Assembly: GCA_963754875.1 (NCBI GenBank)
Contig: CAVWHO010000008.1
Location: 192,001 to 256,000 of the forward strand
Source of the DNA: Nitrospirota bacterium
GTDB taxonomy: Bacteria; Nitrospirota; UBA9217
Direction: 5' to 3'
Length of the DNA: 64,000 nt
The position numbers and the translations under genes were made by a program. The number at the start of each line of letters is the position of its first letter. The first letter of the stretch is position 1. The notes beneath the pieces were generated by a model. That model made no database searches. It was not told the DNA's origin and worked only from the letters and a program-made list of their open reading frames with translations. This document shows, piece after piece, positions 1 to 11,156 of the stretch.

Positions 1-1
1 T

Positions 2-1009
2 AAGGGCCTTGCCCGGGCCACCTACTGGTGGATGGGCGTAATCGGGGCTGTATTATTTTTCTTCTCCATCCTGTTCCATGAGTTCTGCCACTCCCTCGTT
101 GCCCGCCGGTTCGGTCTGCCCATGCGGGGCATAACGCTCTTCATCTTCGGCGGCGTGGCGGAAATGGACGATGAACCGCCGAGCCCCAAAGCCGAATTTT
201 TTATGGCCATAGCCGGCCCGATCTCCAGCGTCGTCCTCGGGGCCGTGTTCTATGGCGCGGCATGGCTGGCCACGACGTCCGAAGCCGCGATCGCCGCTGA
301 AGGCGTGCTGACGTACCTGGCGGCCATCAACGGGGTCCTTGCCGCATTTAATTTGCTCCCCGCTTTTCCGCTCGACGGCGGCCGCATTCTGCGCGCGGCC
401 TTGTGGCAATGGAAGAAAAACCTGCGCAAGGCGACACGTACTGCATCGCGTATCGGTTCGGGATTCGGCATCGCTATGATGTTCGTCGGCGTGATAAATT
501 TCCTCTACGGCAGGTTCATCGGCGGGCTCTGGCAGTTCATGATCGGCATGTTCCTTCGCTCCGCCGCCGAGATGTCCTACCGCCAGGTCCTGCTCCGCAC
601 GAAGCTGGAAGGCGAGACCGTGAAGCGGTTCATGAACCCGCGGCCAGTGACCGCACCGCCGTCCATTACGATCAAGGAACTGGTTGAACAGTATTTCAAT
701 CAATACCACTACAAAATGTTTCCCGTCATTGAAGGAGAAACACTGTTGGGGTTTATCACGACCCGGCAGATAAAGGCAATTCCGCGGGAAGATTGGGGCC
801 AAAGGACCGTGGCTGAGTCGATCGAGGGAGTTTCAGCAGGGAACGCCGTCAATCCCGGCACGAGCGTTCTCGAGGCCCTTTCGATCATGGGCAGGACAGG
901 AAACAGCAGGCTCCTCGTCGTTGACGGAGACCATCTCGCAGGCATCATCACGCTCAAGGACATCATGGGATACCTGGCCGCGCAGATGGAGCTGGAGGAA
1001 GGAGACTAG
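2..1009 (+). CDS. Site-2 (M50) zinc metalloprotease with C-terminal CBS pair; 5'-truncated by window edge
   Basis: HEFCH zinc motif, NLLPAFPLDGGR motif, TM segments, two CBS repeats; frame open from position 2. Confidence 0.92.
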   Translation, partial: KGLARATYWWMGVIGAVLFFFSILFHEFCHSLVARRFGLPMRGITLFIFGGVAEMDDEPPSPKAEFFMAIAGPISSVVLGAVFYGAAWLATTSEAAIAAEGVLTYLAAINGVLAAFNLLPAFPLDGGRILRAALWQWKKNLRKATRTASRIGSGFGIAMMFVGVINFLYGRFIGGLWQFMIGMFLRSAAEMSYRQVLLRTKLEGETVKRFMNPRPVTAPPSITIKELVEQYFNQYHYKMFPVIEGETLLGFITTRQIKAIPREDWGQRTVAESIEGVSAGNAVNPGTSVLEALSIMGRTGNSRLLVVDGDHLAGIITLKDIMGYLAAQMELEEGD

Positions 1010-1098
1010 ATCTTCCCGCTCCCGATGTGCGCAGCCCCCCAATGCAGCCTCGCAGCAATTCTGTTTCGCTCTTCTAGACGGCCGTTCCGATGAGGGGA

Positions 1099-2616
1099 TT
1101 ACTGTATGATCAGGGAGTCTAATTTGATCTCTCGTGCCCGGTATGCCGTTTGGCACGAATTTGAATCAACAGGGCGCTTGGGAATGCGCATATCGAAATA
1201 AATGTTCTTAGTATCATCAATGATCATGATCCTCGCTGCGGTCATCGAATCCGTGGTGGCAAAGTCCACGACATAGAGGCCTGAATCGGTCTTGAAAGCG
1301 CTGCCGCATATGGGAGAATAAAGGGTCTGATTATCATCAAAAGTCCAGATTTCGTTCGCCGTCATCTGGGACTCGTCAATTTCATACAAAGAAACCGCGC
1401 TGTAGGTGCGGCTGTCTCCCACGTAAGGAAGAGCAACGTTGCCGTACCCGTTGTTGAAAAGAAGAAGATGGTTCGGGTCTCCGACGACGAATAGTGCGTG
1501 CTGACCGATCGGCGCATTCCCGGTAATTCTGAGCGCCAGGGGCCGTAGGCTGAGCGGATAGTTCTGGTACCACTGCTTGTCCGTGTTTCCCATGATCCAC
1601 TTTATTTTCTTTGTCGAGTAATCAACCTTCAGCACGAAGTTTTCGCGGCTCGATACGATGAGGCTGTCGTCCTGGGGAATGTAGATCGCCGAATTCATAT
1701 GGAACCAATCCACGTTGTTCTCGACAAAGGCCGAAGGATCTTCGCCCGTTGAACTGATTTCTCCGCCCACGATTTCATCGAAATCCCAGGTGGTGCTGAT
1801 CCCTCCCTGCGGCGTCGTCTCGATCAATACCGATTCAGGCCTGTTTATCACATTCGCAGGGTCCGTCGTATCCAGAAAGCCCACTGTCGCGAGAAACCCC
1901 TGTTTGCCCGGTTCTATATCATGATGAAAGCCATAGTAACGCAAGTCGGCGAGCGCGTTTGATTGGGTCACATCACCGCCCAGGCTAATCCTGAATACTT
2001 TACTTCCATTCAGCTCTCCTTCAAGAAATCCGCTCCCGTCAAAATACACAGATCTGACACTCTCTCCGGCCAGGGTAGACTGCCACCTGACTTCACCATC
2101 AACGTCCAGGATGATTGGTGCGGTCGGCGTGGACTCGATAAGAAAATAGCTCACTTCCGGATTTTCATATTGTTTATTGATGACAATGCCCGTCATTTTG
2201 TAATCCGATACAAAAGCATCGGTCTGCATCGTAAGCGACGTAGTGCTGGATGTATTGTCCAGCCGGTTCACAATCAAATCGACGCTGTTCAAATACCCGG
2301 GATAGAGCCCGAATACGGGGACGTCGATGGTCCCTGAGTCGGCGTGAACATGTCCTTCTCTTTTCAGGTAATCGAGAGAGTAGGTTACATTGATATCTTT
2401 GCTCATATTACCCGGCTTTGTGTGCACGATAAAGTTGATCGAGCTGATCTGGTCTATATTCCCCGGCGTGATCTCGGCTGTCTTTGCGAAGACAAAATTA
2501 CCGACGAAGGGAGTATCAGAAGAATTGCTGCTGCAGGCTGCGACTACGGCAAGAAGCAGCAACAGGACCATATATTTTCCATATCGAATGAGGTGTTTAC
2601 TGAGAGAAGCTTCCAT
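1099..2616 (-). CDS. Aryl-sulfate sulfotransferase (ASST) family lipoprotein
   Basis: Lipobox VVAAC; N-terminal Ig-like part (VFGLYPGYLN); DWFHMNS, SSRE and GQHA motifs typical of ASST. Confidence 0.82.
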   Translation of the reverse strand: MEASLSKHLIRYGKYMVLLLLLAVVAACSSNSSDTPFVGNFVFAKTAEITPGNIDQISSINFIVHTKPGNMSKDINVTYSLDYLKREGHVHADSGTIDVPVFGLYPGYLNSVDLIVNRLDNTSSTTSLTMQTDAFVSDYKMTGIVINKQYENPEVSYFLIESTPTAPIILDVDGEVRWQSTLAGESVRSVYFDGSGFLEGELNGSKVFRISLGGDVTQSNALADLRYYGFHHDIEPGKQGFLATVGFLDTTDPANVINRPESVLIETTPQGGISTTWDFDEIVGGEISSTGEDPSAFVENNVDWFHMNSAIYIPQDDSLIVSSRENFVLKVDYSTKKIKWIMGNTDKQWYQNYPLSLRPLALRITGNAPIGQHALFVVGDPNHLLLFNNGYGNVALPYVGDSRTYSAVSLYEIDESQMTANEIWTFDDNQTLYSPICGSAFKTDSGLYVVDFATTDSMTAARIMIIDDTKNIYFDMRIPKRPVDSNSCQTAYRAREIKLDSLIIQ

Positions 2617-2733
2617 TCTCCCTCCTCCTAAATTAGAACGACGAGTACTCGATGATCAAAATTGACAGGCCATTGCTCTACATGCAGCGGGCCACCTTTA
2701 CTCATCCAGCTAAAGGTGCAGCCGAGACAGGCG

Positions 2734-3165
2734 TCAATAGAGACCTGTTACCTCGAATGTCCCGTCCAATTTGTTCGACTGCCGGCCTTTGTCGTCCTTG
2801 ATGTACACCTGAAATGTGTAGTCCCCTTTTGTGGCCGTGCTCATATCAAGTCCGAAGGCAAGGGTGCCAGCCGTCCGTTGCGCGGCGTCGTCCACAGGGA
2901 GAGAGACGAAGGAAACCTCTTTACCGTGCGCATCATACGCAACGGCATTGATCGAAGCGGTCTCGCCGCTTTTATGAGTGATGTTGAATGTGCCGATGAT
3001 GGACGTTGATTTCCCCTCATCCACAGGCGCGTGCTGTGGAATATAGACCAGATTTGCTATCTTCGGCGGGCTATTCTTGTCCATCATCGGACAGCCCGAC
3101 AAACCCGTGAGCATGATCCACAGCATTGACAACGTCATGACCCGAATAAATTTAAGTGTAATCAT
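2734..3165 (-). CDS. Hypothetical lipoprotein (Ig-like)
   Basis: Signal peptide ending LSGC; RBS ggag upstream of MITLKF. Confidence 0.6.
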   Translation of the reverse strand: MITLKFIRVMTLSMLWIMLTGLSGCPMMDKNSPPKIANLVYIPQHAPVDEGKSTSIIGTFNITHKSGETASINAVAYDAHGKEVSFVSLPVDDAAQRTAGTLAFGLDMSTATKGDYTFQVYIKDDKGRQSNKLDGTFEVTGLY

Positions 3166-3384
3166 ATTTCTCCGTTCCTTTCTTTTGCAAAACAAACCTT
3201 ATTTTTTCCCATGCATATATAAAAGGTATCGCTCTTCTTAAAGTTGTCAAGCCGCGCTCGATCAGTATTTTTCTTCATCATACTTAAGTTCACTTGACAG
3301 AACCATGAAGTGCGACGTTAACTAATAGTATGACTTCGGACTTTGTTGTCCTGAACAAGCAACTATTAAGAAGGTTTATTCTCT

Positions 3385-6300
3385 ATGTGGATAGTAAAAT
3401 TGGCCTTGCGGCGGCCTTATACGGTGGCCGTGATGGCTTTACTCCTCATCGTGCTCGGTGCGCTTTCGGCGAGCAGGATGATCGTAGATATATTTCCGGC
3501 CATCGATATTCCCGTGGTCGTGGTCGTCTGGAATTATCCCGGCCTGTCGCCTGAGGACATGGAGCGCCGCGTGGTGCTCATCAGCGAGCGGGCCTATTCG
3601 ACGACGGTGAACGGCATCCAGCGGATCGAGTCGCAATCGATCCCGGGCGTGGGCATGCTGAAGGTCTACTTCCAGCCGGGAAGCGACATCGGCGCGGCGA
3701 TAGCCCAGATCTCGTCGGTCTCGTTCACGATCCTCCGGATCGCGCCGCCGGGCATGCAGCCGCCCACCATCGTCCAGTTCAGCGCCACCAACGTACCCGT
3801 TGCCCAGCTCACCGTCTCGAGCAAGACCATCCCCGAGCAGAAACTCTTCGATTACGGGCTCAACTTCATCCGCGTCCGGCTGTTCACCATTCCGGGGCTC
3901 TCGACCCCCGCGCCTTTCGGCGGGAAGAACCGCCAGATCATGATCGACGTGAACCCCGACGCGCTCGCAGGCGCGCGGGCTTTCTCCGGCGGACGTGGTG
4001 AATGCGCTCCAGTCGTCCAACTCGATCATCCCCGCGGGAACGGCCCGCATCGGCGGACACGGAATACAACGTCATGCTGAATTCAAGCCCGAAGATCCTC
4101 GATCAGTTCAAAAAGATCCCGATCAAGATCGTGGGCAATGCGCCGGTCTATCTGGGCGACGTGGCAACGGTGTCGGACAGCTTTGCCGAGCAGACCAATA
4201 TCGTGCGGGTGAACGGACGGCGGGCCACGTACCTCGCGATCCTGAAGCACGCCGATGCCTCGACCCTGGCCGTTGTTGACTGCCACGCGGGAGGTGCTCC
4301 CGCAGATCCGGGAAGTGGCGCCCCAGGGCATGGAGCTCAAGATCGATTTCGACCAGTCCGTGTTCGTGCGCGGCGCGATCGAGGGCGTGGTGCGCGAAGC
4401 GATCCTGGCCTCGATCCTCGTATCGCTCATGATCCTGATCTTTCTCGGCTCCTGGCGCAGCATGGTGATCGTGTCCACGTCCATCCCGCTCTCGATCTTT
4501 GCGGCGATCATCTGCCTGAACCTCGCGGGCGACAGCATCAACATCATGACCCTGGGCGGCCTGGCCCTGGCGATCGGCATGCTCGTGGACGATGCCACGG
4601 TCGCCGTGGAAAACATCCACCGGAACCGTGCTCTGGGGAAGCCACTCACGGTCGCGGTCTTGGACGGCTCGACGCAGATTGCCGTGCCGGCGATCGTGTC
4701 CACGCTCGCCATCTGCGTGGTCTTCTTCCCGGTGGTGCTGCTCTACGGGGCCGCAAAATATCTCTTCACACCCCTGGCCCTCGCCGTGGTGACGTCGATG
4801 CTCGCTTCCTACGTCCTCTCGCGGACGCTCGTGCCCGTGCTCTCGCGCATGCTCATGAAAGGTGAACACATCGGATCCGGAATCCGGAGCGAGGAGCTGC
4901 CGCGATTCAAGCATATTGCCCTGGTTTTCAACCGCCGGCGCGACCAGATCTATGACGTCGTTCCAGGAGGCCTACGGCCGTTCCCTCGAAACGGTCCTCC
5001 ATCATCGCGTCTTCACGCTGTCCATAGCCGGTCTGCTCATCGTGATCAGCGTGATGCTGCTCTTCGTGATCGGGATGGATTTTTTCCCGACCGTTGATAC
5101 CGGGTTGATGAAACTGCACTTCCGGGCTCCTGCCGGCACGCGCATCGAGGATACGGAGCAGATGGTCGACCAGGTGGAAGAGCATATCCGCAAGATCATC
5201 CCTGGCCGGGAGATCGACACCATCAACGACATGATCGGGGTACCGATCTTTTACAACCTTGCCTTTGTCCAGACCGAAAACATCGGGGGCATGGATGCGG
5301 AGATCCTGATCTCGCTCAAGCCGGGACACCGGTCCACTGCCTTGTACCGCAAAACGCTGCGGCAGGAGCTGCCGCGGGCCTTCCCGGGATCTCGTTTCTA
5401 TTTCCAGGCAGCGGACATTGTGACCCAGGTCCTGAACTTCGGCCTCACCTCGCCTCTCGACGTGCAGGTTGAAGGCATGGATTTCAATAAATCATATGAC
5501 TATGCCCTCAAAGTCCGCGACGCTATGCGCGGGATTCCCGGCACAGCCGACGTGCATATCAACCAGGTCCTGGATTATCCCGCGCTGCAGGTGGATGTGG
5601 ACAGAACGCGCGCCGCGGAGCTCGGGATGAGCGAGCGTGATGTGGCGAACAACGCTCTGATCTCTCTTTCGTCGAGCATCCTCGTGGCGCCGTCCTTTTT
5701 CCTGAACCCGGCAAACAACGTGAACTACACCGTTGCCGTCCAGATACCGCCCGACCGCATCAACTCGCTCGACCGCCTGCGTTCGATGCCCATGACGCCG
5801 TCAGGGGCCTCCGGCCTGCTCCAGCCCGCGGTGACAACGCCGCCAACCAACACGCCCGGGGCGCAGGCACAGACGCTCGCAAACCTTTCCACGGTCTATC
5901 ATGCAGTGAGCACCGAAAACATCTCCCATTACACGGTTCAGCGGGTGCTCGACGTGGAGGCGGATGTTGAGGGACGGGACCTCGGCTCCGTCGCAGCTGA
6001 TATTGAAAAGAAGATAGACGGCCTGAAACCCCTTCCTCCGGGGACCCGGATCCATCTTCGCGGTCAGAATGAGGTGATGAACCAGTCGTTCAAGAGCCTT
6101 GCCCTGGGACTTGTTCTCGCGATCGTGCTCGTATATTTCCTGATGGTCGTGCTGTTCCAGTCCTGGCTCGACCCGTTCATCATCATGATGGCGGTCCCGG
6201 GCGCTCTTGTCGGCATCCTCTGGATGCTCGCCCTGACCGGCACGACGATCAATGTGGAGTCGCTCATGGGATCGATCATGGCGGTCGGCATCGCTACGGC

Positions 6301-6637
6301 GAATTCTATCCTCCTCGTGAGCTTTGCCAATGACATCCGGGTTGAATCAGGAGTGACTCCGTTCGAGGCCGCTGTGGAAGCAGGAAAGACGCGGCTCCGC
6401 CCCGTACTCATGACCGCCCTTGCCATGATCATCGGCATGCTGCCGATGGCCTTTGCCATGGGTGAGGCAGGCGAGCAGAACGCGCCCCTGGGCCGCGCCG
6501 TAATCGGCGGGCTGCTGATGGCGACCTTCGTGACGCTCTATGTGGTGCCGGTCATCTACACGCTGATGCGCACAAAGCCGCCGTCAAAGCATGAGCTGGA
6601 TGAGCGGTTCGAGACGGAGCTTCGAGAGGGAAGGTAA
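3385..6637 (+). CDS. RND efflux permease (AcrB/CusA family), split by about 4 frameshifts
   Basis: MWIVKLALRRP start; GMLVDDATVAVENI and RLRPVLMT motifs in successive frames (ORFs 3385, 3995, 4002, 4255, 4862). Confidence 0.88.
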
Positions 6638-6659
6638 AGGCGGATTTCTGTCTTTAGAC

Positions 6660-6738
6660 GTCATTCCCGCTTGTCGGGAACCGTAGTGTTTTTTAAAGCA
6701 TACTGAAACGAAATGATTCCGGACAAGCCGGAATGATA
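6660..6738. repeat. Intergenic palindromic element (GTCATTCC...GGAATGA type)
   Basis: gtcattcccgcttgtcgggaa ... gattccggacaagccggaatgat, two hairpins with inverted outer ends. Confidence 0.6.
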
Positions 6739-6762
6739 ACTTTATTCGAGCAGGAGGTGACT

Positions 6763-7905
6763 ATGACAAAAGAAATTTCAACAGCAAAAGGAGCACGTAA
6801 ACTTTTTATTTCGGGCATCACCCTGATCGCCCTTGCCCTCATTTTTCTCCTGGTCCTGTTCGAAAACCGAAAGGTTTATCTCATGAACGAGACTAGGGAC
6901 AGGCTGGCGGCGGTGAATGCAGGACCAGAGGTGCGTGTCACCTCTGCAAAACGTTCCCCAGGAGAACGGTTGGTATCGCTCACGGGAGAAGCCCAGCCCT
7001 ATGCAGCGGTGACCCTGTACGCCAAAGTGAGCGGATACCTGAAAAAGATCATGGTCGATAAGGGAGACCGGGTGAAGGCAGGGCAGGTCCTCGCAGTCAT
7101 CGAATCGCCTGAGCTTGACCGTCAATATGACTCCGCAGTCATTGATGCCCAGGACAAGCGCAGGGATGCAGCCCGTGAAAAAACCCTGGTCGAGAAGAAC
7201 TTGGTTTCCCGGCAGGATGCAGACCATGCCGAAGCCGCCGCCCGCGAAGCAGAGGCGAATGCAGAAGCCCTCGAGACCCAGAAAGGGTATGAAATCCTCA
7301 GCGCGCCGTTCCGCGGCACCGTGACAGCCCGCTTTGCCGACCCCGGGGCACTGGTGCAGAGCGCCGCAACCTCGCAGACAACGGCACTGCCGCTCGTTAC
7401 GCTTTCCCAGACGGACAAACTGCGGGTATACATTTATCTAGACCAGAAGGATGCGGCCTTTGTCCGCATCGGAAACCGGGCCGAAATTTCCGATTCCTCC
7501 CGACCTGACGTGAAGCATACCGCTTCCATCACCAGAATAAGTGGAGAACTGGACCCCAAGACCCGGACGCTCCTGGCGGAACTCGACGTTGATAATAAAC
7601 AGGGGCTGCTATTGGCCGGAAGCTTTGTGCAGGTGTTGCTTAAGCTCAAAACTGCGCCTGCAGTTGAAATTCCCGCCGAGGCTCTCTTGATGAAGGGTGA
7701 CGATGCGTTCGTAGCCGTTGTTACATCTGAGGGAAAAGTGAAGTTCCGGCCCGTGGTCGTTGTTGACAGCGACGGCAAGGCGGTCCGACTCAGTTCGGGG
7801 CTTGAAGACAATGAGCGCGTTGTTCTGAATCCCGGTTTCGGCATCACCGACAATGCGCAGGTCCAGCCCGTGGCTGCCTGTAGAGATGGCGAACGTGCGT
7901 GCTGA
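6763..7905 (+). CDS. RND efflux periplasmic adaptor (membrane fusion protein)
   Basis: aggagg RBS; N-terminal TM; AKVSGYL..VDKGDRVKAGQVLA and APFRGTV lipoyl-like motifs. Confidence 0.9.
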   Translation: MTKEISTAKGARKLFISGITLIALALIFLLVLFENRKVYLMNETRDRLAAVNAGPEVRVTSAKRSPGERLVSLTGEAQPYAAVTLYAKVSGYLKKIMVDKGDRVKAGQVLAVIESPELDRQYDSAVIDAQDKRRDAAREKTLVEKNLVSRQDADHAEAAAREAEANAEALETQKGYEILSAPFRGTVTARFADPGALVQSAATSQTTALPLVTLSQTDKLRVYIYLDQKDAAFVRIGNRAEISDSSRPDVKHTASITRISGELDPKTRTLLAELDVDNKQGLLLAGSFVQVLLKLKTAPAVEIPAEALLMKGDDAFVAVVTSEGKVKFRPVVVVDSDGKAVRLSSGLEDNERVVLNPGFGITDNAQVQPVAACRDGERAC

Positions 7906-7932
7906 GAAAAAGGGCTGATGTTGGGAGGTCGG

Positions 7933-8256
7933 TCAAGGGATATAATCTTCCCTCACGGGAGAAAAGACTTCTATTGCAACAGAATCTTCGTGTGCATGAG
8001 CATGATGAGCGACATTGCCCGGGATGCACCAGCTGTCTCCAGGCGAGACCTGATAGGTTACATTGCCGATCGTCAGGGCTATCCTGCCGGAGACCAGGTA
8101 GCCTGTTTGTTCATGAGGATGGTTGTGCTTCGGCAACATCGCCCCTTTTTCAAGCTTGAACTCAGTGAGAAGAGTTTTTTCGCCGTACACCAATGTTTTC
8201 ATCTTTATTTTGTCCAGCGGTTCCTTGTACCCATCGGCGTCACTCCTGTTGAACAT
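7933..8256 (-). CDS. Cupin domain protein
   Basis: HNHPHEQ and IPGNVAH cupin motifs; EVFSPVREDY C-terminus. Confidence 0.88.
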   Translation of the reverse strand: MFNRSDADGYKEPLDKIKMKTLVYGEKTLLTEFKLEKGAMLPKHNHPHEQTGYLVSGRIALTIGNVTYQVSPGDSWCIPGNVAHHAHAHEDSVAIEVFSPVREDYIP

Positions 8257-8424
8257 GCAGAACTCCTTAGAAATTTATTGAGTAGCGTAAATCTGAACGT
8301 TGTTAAAATCTTACCACAGAGTTTACCGGGAAAACCAGACACGCAGAAAAAAATATTTATTTTCGCTGTTTAATTTCCCTGTTCCCGGTGATCTCTGTGT
8401 TTAAGTTATTAGGACACGTCAGTA

Positions 8425-8859
8425 TTAAGAAGCATTGCCTGCCTTGCCGCTTCCCTGGTTGTCTACGTATTTCTTAAATGCTTCCCGGCCTTCCGCATCC
8501 CACCAGGCATCATAGTGTCGCCAGTCTTCTATCTCGTGGTTTGAAGCATCTTCTTTGGAGCATCCGTGCCATGCCATGTGGTGAAACCCGTGCTTTCCTC
8601 TGCCGAAGCCATGAGGACCGCGGCCATGGTGCCCCACGCCGAAGATCAACCGTGCCAGAAGCATCAGCCCGAAAGCCTGGCCATAAGTGATCCGGCCAAG
8701 ATTAAAAATGGACGGCATCAGCCAGTTCCAGAGCATCTGCACAAAGATGCCAAATACCAGCGCGAAAGCGACGGCAATGGCGATCCCGATTGCGACACGG
8801 CCGATGAAGCGCGGTCCCCGTCTCTCGCCCCCTTCTGAATGACAATATCCTTTGAACAT
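8425..8859 (-). CDS. Small membrane protein co-transcribed with ECF sigma factor
   Basis: Two TM segments, LWNWLMP..F.L..ITY.QA motif; 13 bp downstream of sigma gene. Confidence 0.7.
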   Translation of the reverse strand: MFKGYCHSEGGERRGPRFIGRVAIGIAIAVAFALVFGIFVQMLWNWLMPSIFNLGRITYGQAFGLMLLARLIFGVGHHGRGPHGFGRGKHGFHHMAWHGCSKEDASNHEIEDWRHYDAWWDAEGREAFKKYVDNQGSGKAGNAS

Positions 8860-8872
8860 AGAAAAACCTCCT

Positions 8873-9418
8873 TTATTTATTTTGCAGGTCCTGCAGCTCT
8901 TTCTGCAAAGCAGCTACTGCACGGTGCTTTCTGGCGAGGAGCGTGCCAATTGGCAGGTCCCACTCTTCCGACAACTCTCGGAACGTGTACCCGTCGAGTT
9001 CAGTCGCAATCCAGATCGCTCTCTGATTCGGTTCCAGCGTATCCAAGGCTTTTATCAGGCGTTCCCGGATCTCCGATGCATCGACCTCCGCCTGCATGTC
9101 ATAGGTCGGCTCGGGAACAGTTTTCCTTCGGTCCCTGTTGTCTTCGTCAGAAACAGTATCGTCAAGAGAGACCGTCTTTTTCCTTCTCCTCAGATAGTCG
9201 ATCACCTTGTTCTGAATCGAGCGGTAGATGTAAGCGCCGATGTTCTCGACCTGATCCGTGATATCGGCCCTGTTGAACAGGTCCGTCATCAGGTCGCTGA
9301 CGATGTCTTCAATCTCCACCTCCGACAGATCGGCATATCTGCCCCGGAAGGACCTGACCAGTTTCCTGTACTGTTTGCTGAAGAAACCGGCCAAGTCCTG
9401 TTCTCGTTCTTGCTCCAT
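8873..9418 (-). CDS. ECF RNA polymerase sigma factor
   Basis: Region 2 (EDIVSD..AYIYRSIQNKVIDYLRR) and region 4 (GYTFRELSEEWDLPIGTL). Confidence 0.88.
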   Translation of the reverse strand: MEQEREQDLAGFFSKQYRKLVRSFRGRYADLSEVEIEDIVSDLMTDLFNRADITDQVENIGAYIYRSIQNKVIDYLRRRKKTVSLDDTVSDEDNRDRRKTVPEPTYDMQAEVDASEIRERLIKALDTLEPNQRAIWIATELDGYTFRELSEEWDLPIGTLLARKHRAVAALQKELQDLQNK

Positions 9419-9621
9419 GATGATAGGATTGCGACCTTTCTCACTCTCTATGGTAATGACGAATGAAGGCACTCGTTTATTGCATATTATTTTCCAGACC
9501 AGGATTTCGAATATTTTTTACACATTTAAAACAGAACTTGAAATTGAAAACAATCATAGCAGGACTGGGAATTTTGAGAAAGGGGTGTTGTATTACGGGC
9601 AGGGGAAACGATGCGACCGCC

Positions 9622-10188
9622 TCAGCGGTAACGCTGTGCTATTTCGCGCGTTTTTAGAACAAGTTCTTCGTTCGTCGCTTTGCCCGAGGACAAGGCGAAG
9701 AAACTTACAACGTTTCCGCCCTTCTTTGTGATGCGTTCGCTCATTTTCTTGAGCGCGCCTGAAGCGTTGTCGCCTCCCATGGTCATAAATAGGACCACGT
9801 CTTTTCCGGTGAAGTCGGCCTTAGAGATAAAAGCATTGATCGGCGTGGAAGGACTCCCTCCCCATACCGGGGAGCCGACGAAGACACGGTCATAACCCTG
9901 CAAGCTGGTGTCGATCGGTTTTATTTCTGTTTCCACACCACGGATAGCTCTAAACCCGGCGCTGATATAGAACCAAAAGGAAACAGAAGGCTTCTTGACA
10001 TCTTCCACGCGCCGTATGTCCGCGTTCAGCTCCGCGGCCAGCGTCTGCGCTACGACATGAGTTTTGCCGGTCAACGAGTAGTATACGATAAGTGTCTTCA
10101 TGCTCCGCGCTCCCGGCGTGTCCGCGGTTTCTGCAGCCGCAGACACTGCGATGCAACAACAGAAGAAGACAATGAGTATCGGCTTCAT
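9622..10188 (-). CDS. Flavodoxin-like protein with signal peptide
   Basis: YYSLTGKT FMN loop, VGSPVWGG; hydrophobic N-terminus. Confidence 0.82.
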   Translation of the reverse strand: MKPILIVFFCCCIAVSAAAETADTPGARSMKTLIVYYSLTGKTHVVAQTLAAELNADIRRVEDVKKPSVSFWFYISAGFRAIRGVETEIKPIDTSLQGYDRVFVGSPVWGGSPSTPINAFISKADFTGKDVVLFMTMGGDNASGALKKMSERITKKGGNVVSFFALSSGKATNEELVLKTREIAQRYR

Positions 10189-10233
10189 AGTTCCTCCAGA
10201 GAGGGGTCAGGACAGTTCACAAGCCCCTTGGGA

Positions 10234-10285
10234 ATTATATCGCGCGTGAGCCGCGTCGCGGCGGACTCGACGCGCAAGTTGAAAT
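10234..10285 (-). other. Degenerate integron attC site
   Basis: Minus strand tttcaac-tt-gcgcgtCgag..ccgcg/cgcggctcacgcgc: imperfect palindrome with bulged bases directly after the toxin stop; right core decayed. Confidence 0.5.
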
Positions 10286-10292
10286 CACTTTG

Positions 10293-10616
10293 TCAGTAAA
10301 TGTCGAGTTGAATTTTGATCGTCTCGCTTATTTTGAGCAAGTCTTCTTCCGAGAGAACGCCGGCGCGTTTAAACAAACGCAGCTTGCTTACCGTTGCCAA
10401 CTGGTCGGCCATGGTCTTACTTTCTTTACCATTGAGGAGAACCAGCGCTTCACTCGGATAAAGACGATCTGTTTTGCCGGTAAGAGGGACGACTTGAACT
10501 CTGTTGAGGAACTTATTTGAGGCGTCATTGCTGACGATGACGGCAGGGCGTTTCTTTTTAATTTCGCCCCCGACGGAAGGATCAAAGTTTACCCACCACA
10601 CTTCACCTCTTTTCAT
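10293..10616 (-). CDS. MazF/PemK family toxin
   Basis: MKRGEVWWVNFDPSVGGEIKKKRPAVIVSND. Confidence 0.93.
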   Translation of the reverse strand: MKRGEVWWVNFDPSVGGEIKKKRPAVIVSNDASNKFLNRVQVVPLTGKTDRLYPSEALVLLNGKESKTMADQLATVSKLRLFKRAGVLSEEDLLKISETIKIQLDIY

Positions 10617-10833
10617 GTGCTATATCCTTGAAGGTAGTCTCGGCCCATTCCAATGCGGCTGATTCCCGCTTCTTGTCTTTGGACATTTGGGAGTATGCCA
10701 ATTCCAGGTTGGGGCGCACGACGTGCGGGCGTACCAGTTCTTCAACGAATTTGCTGATTTTTCGGGGGCCGATAGTTTTATGAAGGCCTTTATATACCTC
10801 TTCGTCCACTGTTATGGTCAGTTTTTTCTGCAT
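10603..10833 (-). CDS. Antitoxin partner of the MazF toxin
   Basis: MQKKLTITVDEEVY RHH-like N-terminus; overlaps toxin start; aaggag RBS. Confidence 0.85.
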   Translation of the reverse strand: MQKKLTITVDEEVYKGLHKTIGPRKISKFVEELVRPHVVRPNLELAYSQMSKDKKRESAALEWAETTFKDIAHEKR

Positions 10834-10848
10834 TTTGTCTCTCCTTTT

Positions 10849-10886
10849 AATACGTGTAGTATACGTATTCCGGGAAGATATGTCAA
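10849..10886 (-). promoter_or_regulatory. Sigma70 promoter with overlapping operator palindrome for the TA operon
   Basis: TTGACA-17-TATACT; inverted repeat aatacgt..acgtatt across the -10. Confidence 0.75.
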
Positions 10887-10915
10887 TAACGAGACCGGTC
10901 CGATCCACCCATCAT

Positions 10916-11156
10916 TCACGCTTTTTCTTTTCTTGTCCGGTAAATCATCGCCGCGATTTCTTCCACCGTGAAGGGTGGCGTTTGACTATGTATGACTGCG
11001 TGACAAGTAGGGCAGACCGGACGCAGATCATGGATTTGATCGACTTGATATTCCGCGTTTACATCAGCGAGTTGGTGCACATGATGAACATGAATCAAAC
11101 CCTGCGCAGCTTCTCCATGTCGGTCCGCGAAACTTAAACCACACGCGGCGCAGTCG
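10916..11156 (-). pseudogene. 5'-truncated HNH endonuclease (McrA-like C-terminus)
   Basis: CAAC..IHVHH..DLRPVCPTCHAVIH; upstream part replaced by a REP doublet. Confidence 0.75.
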
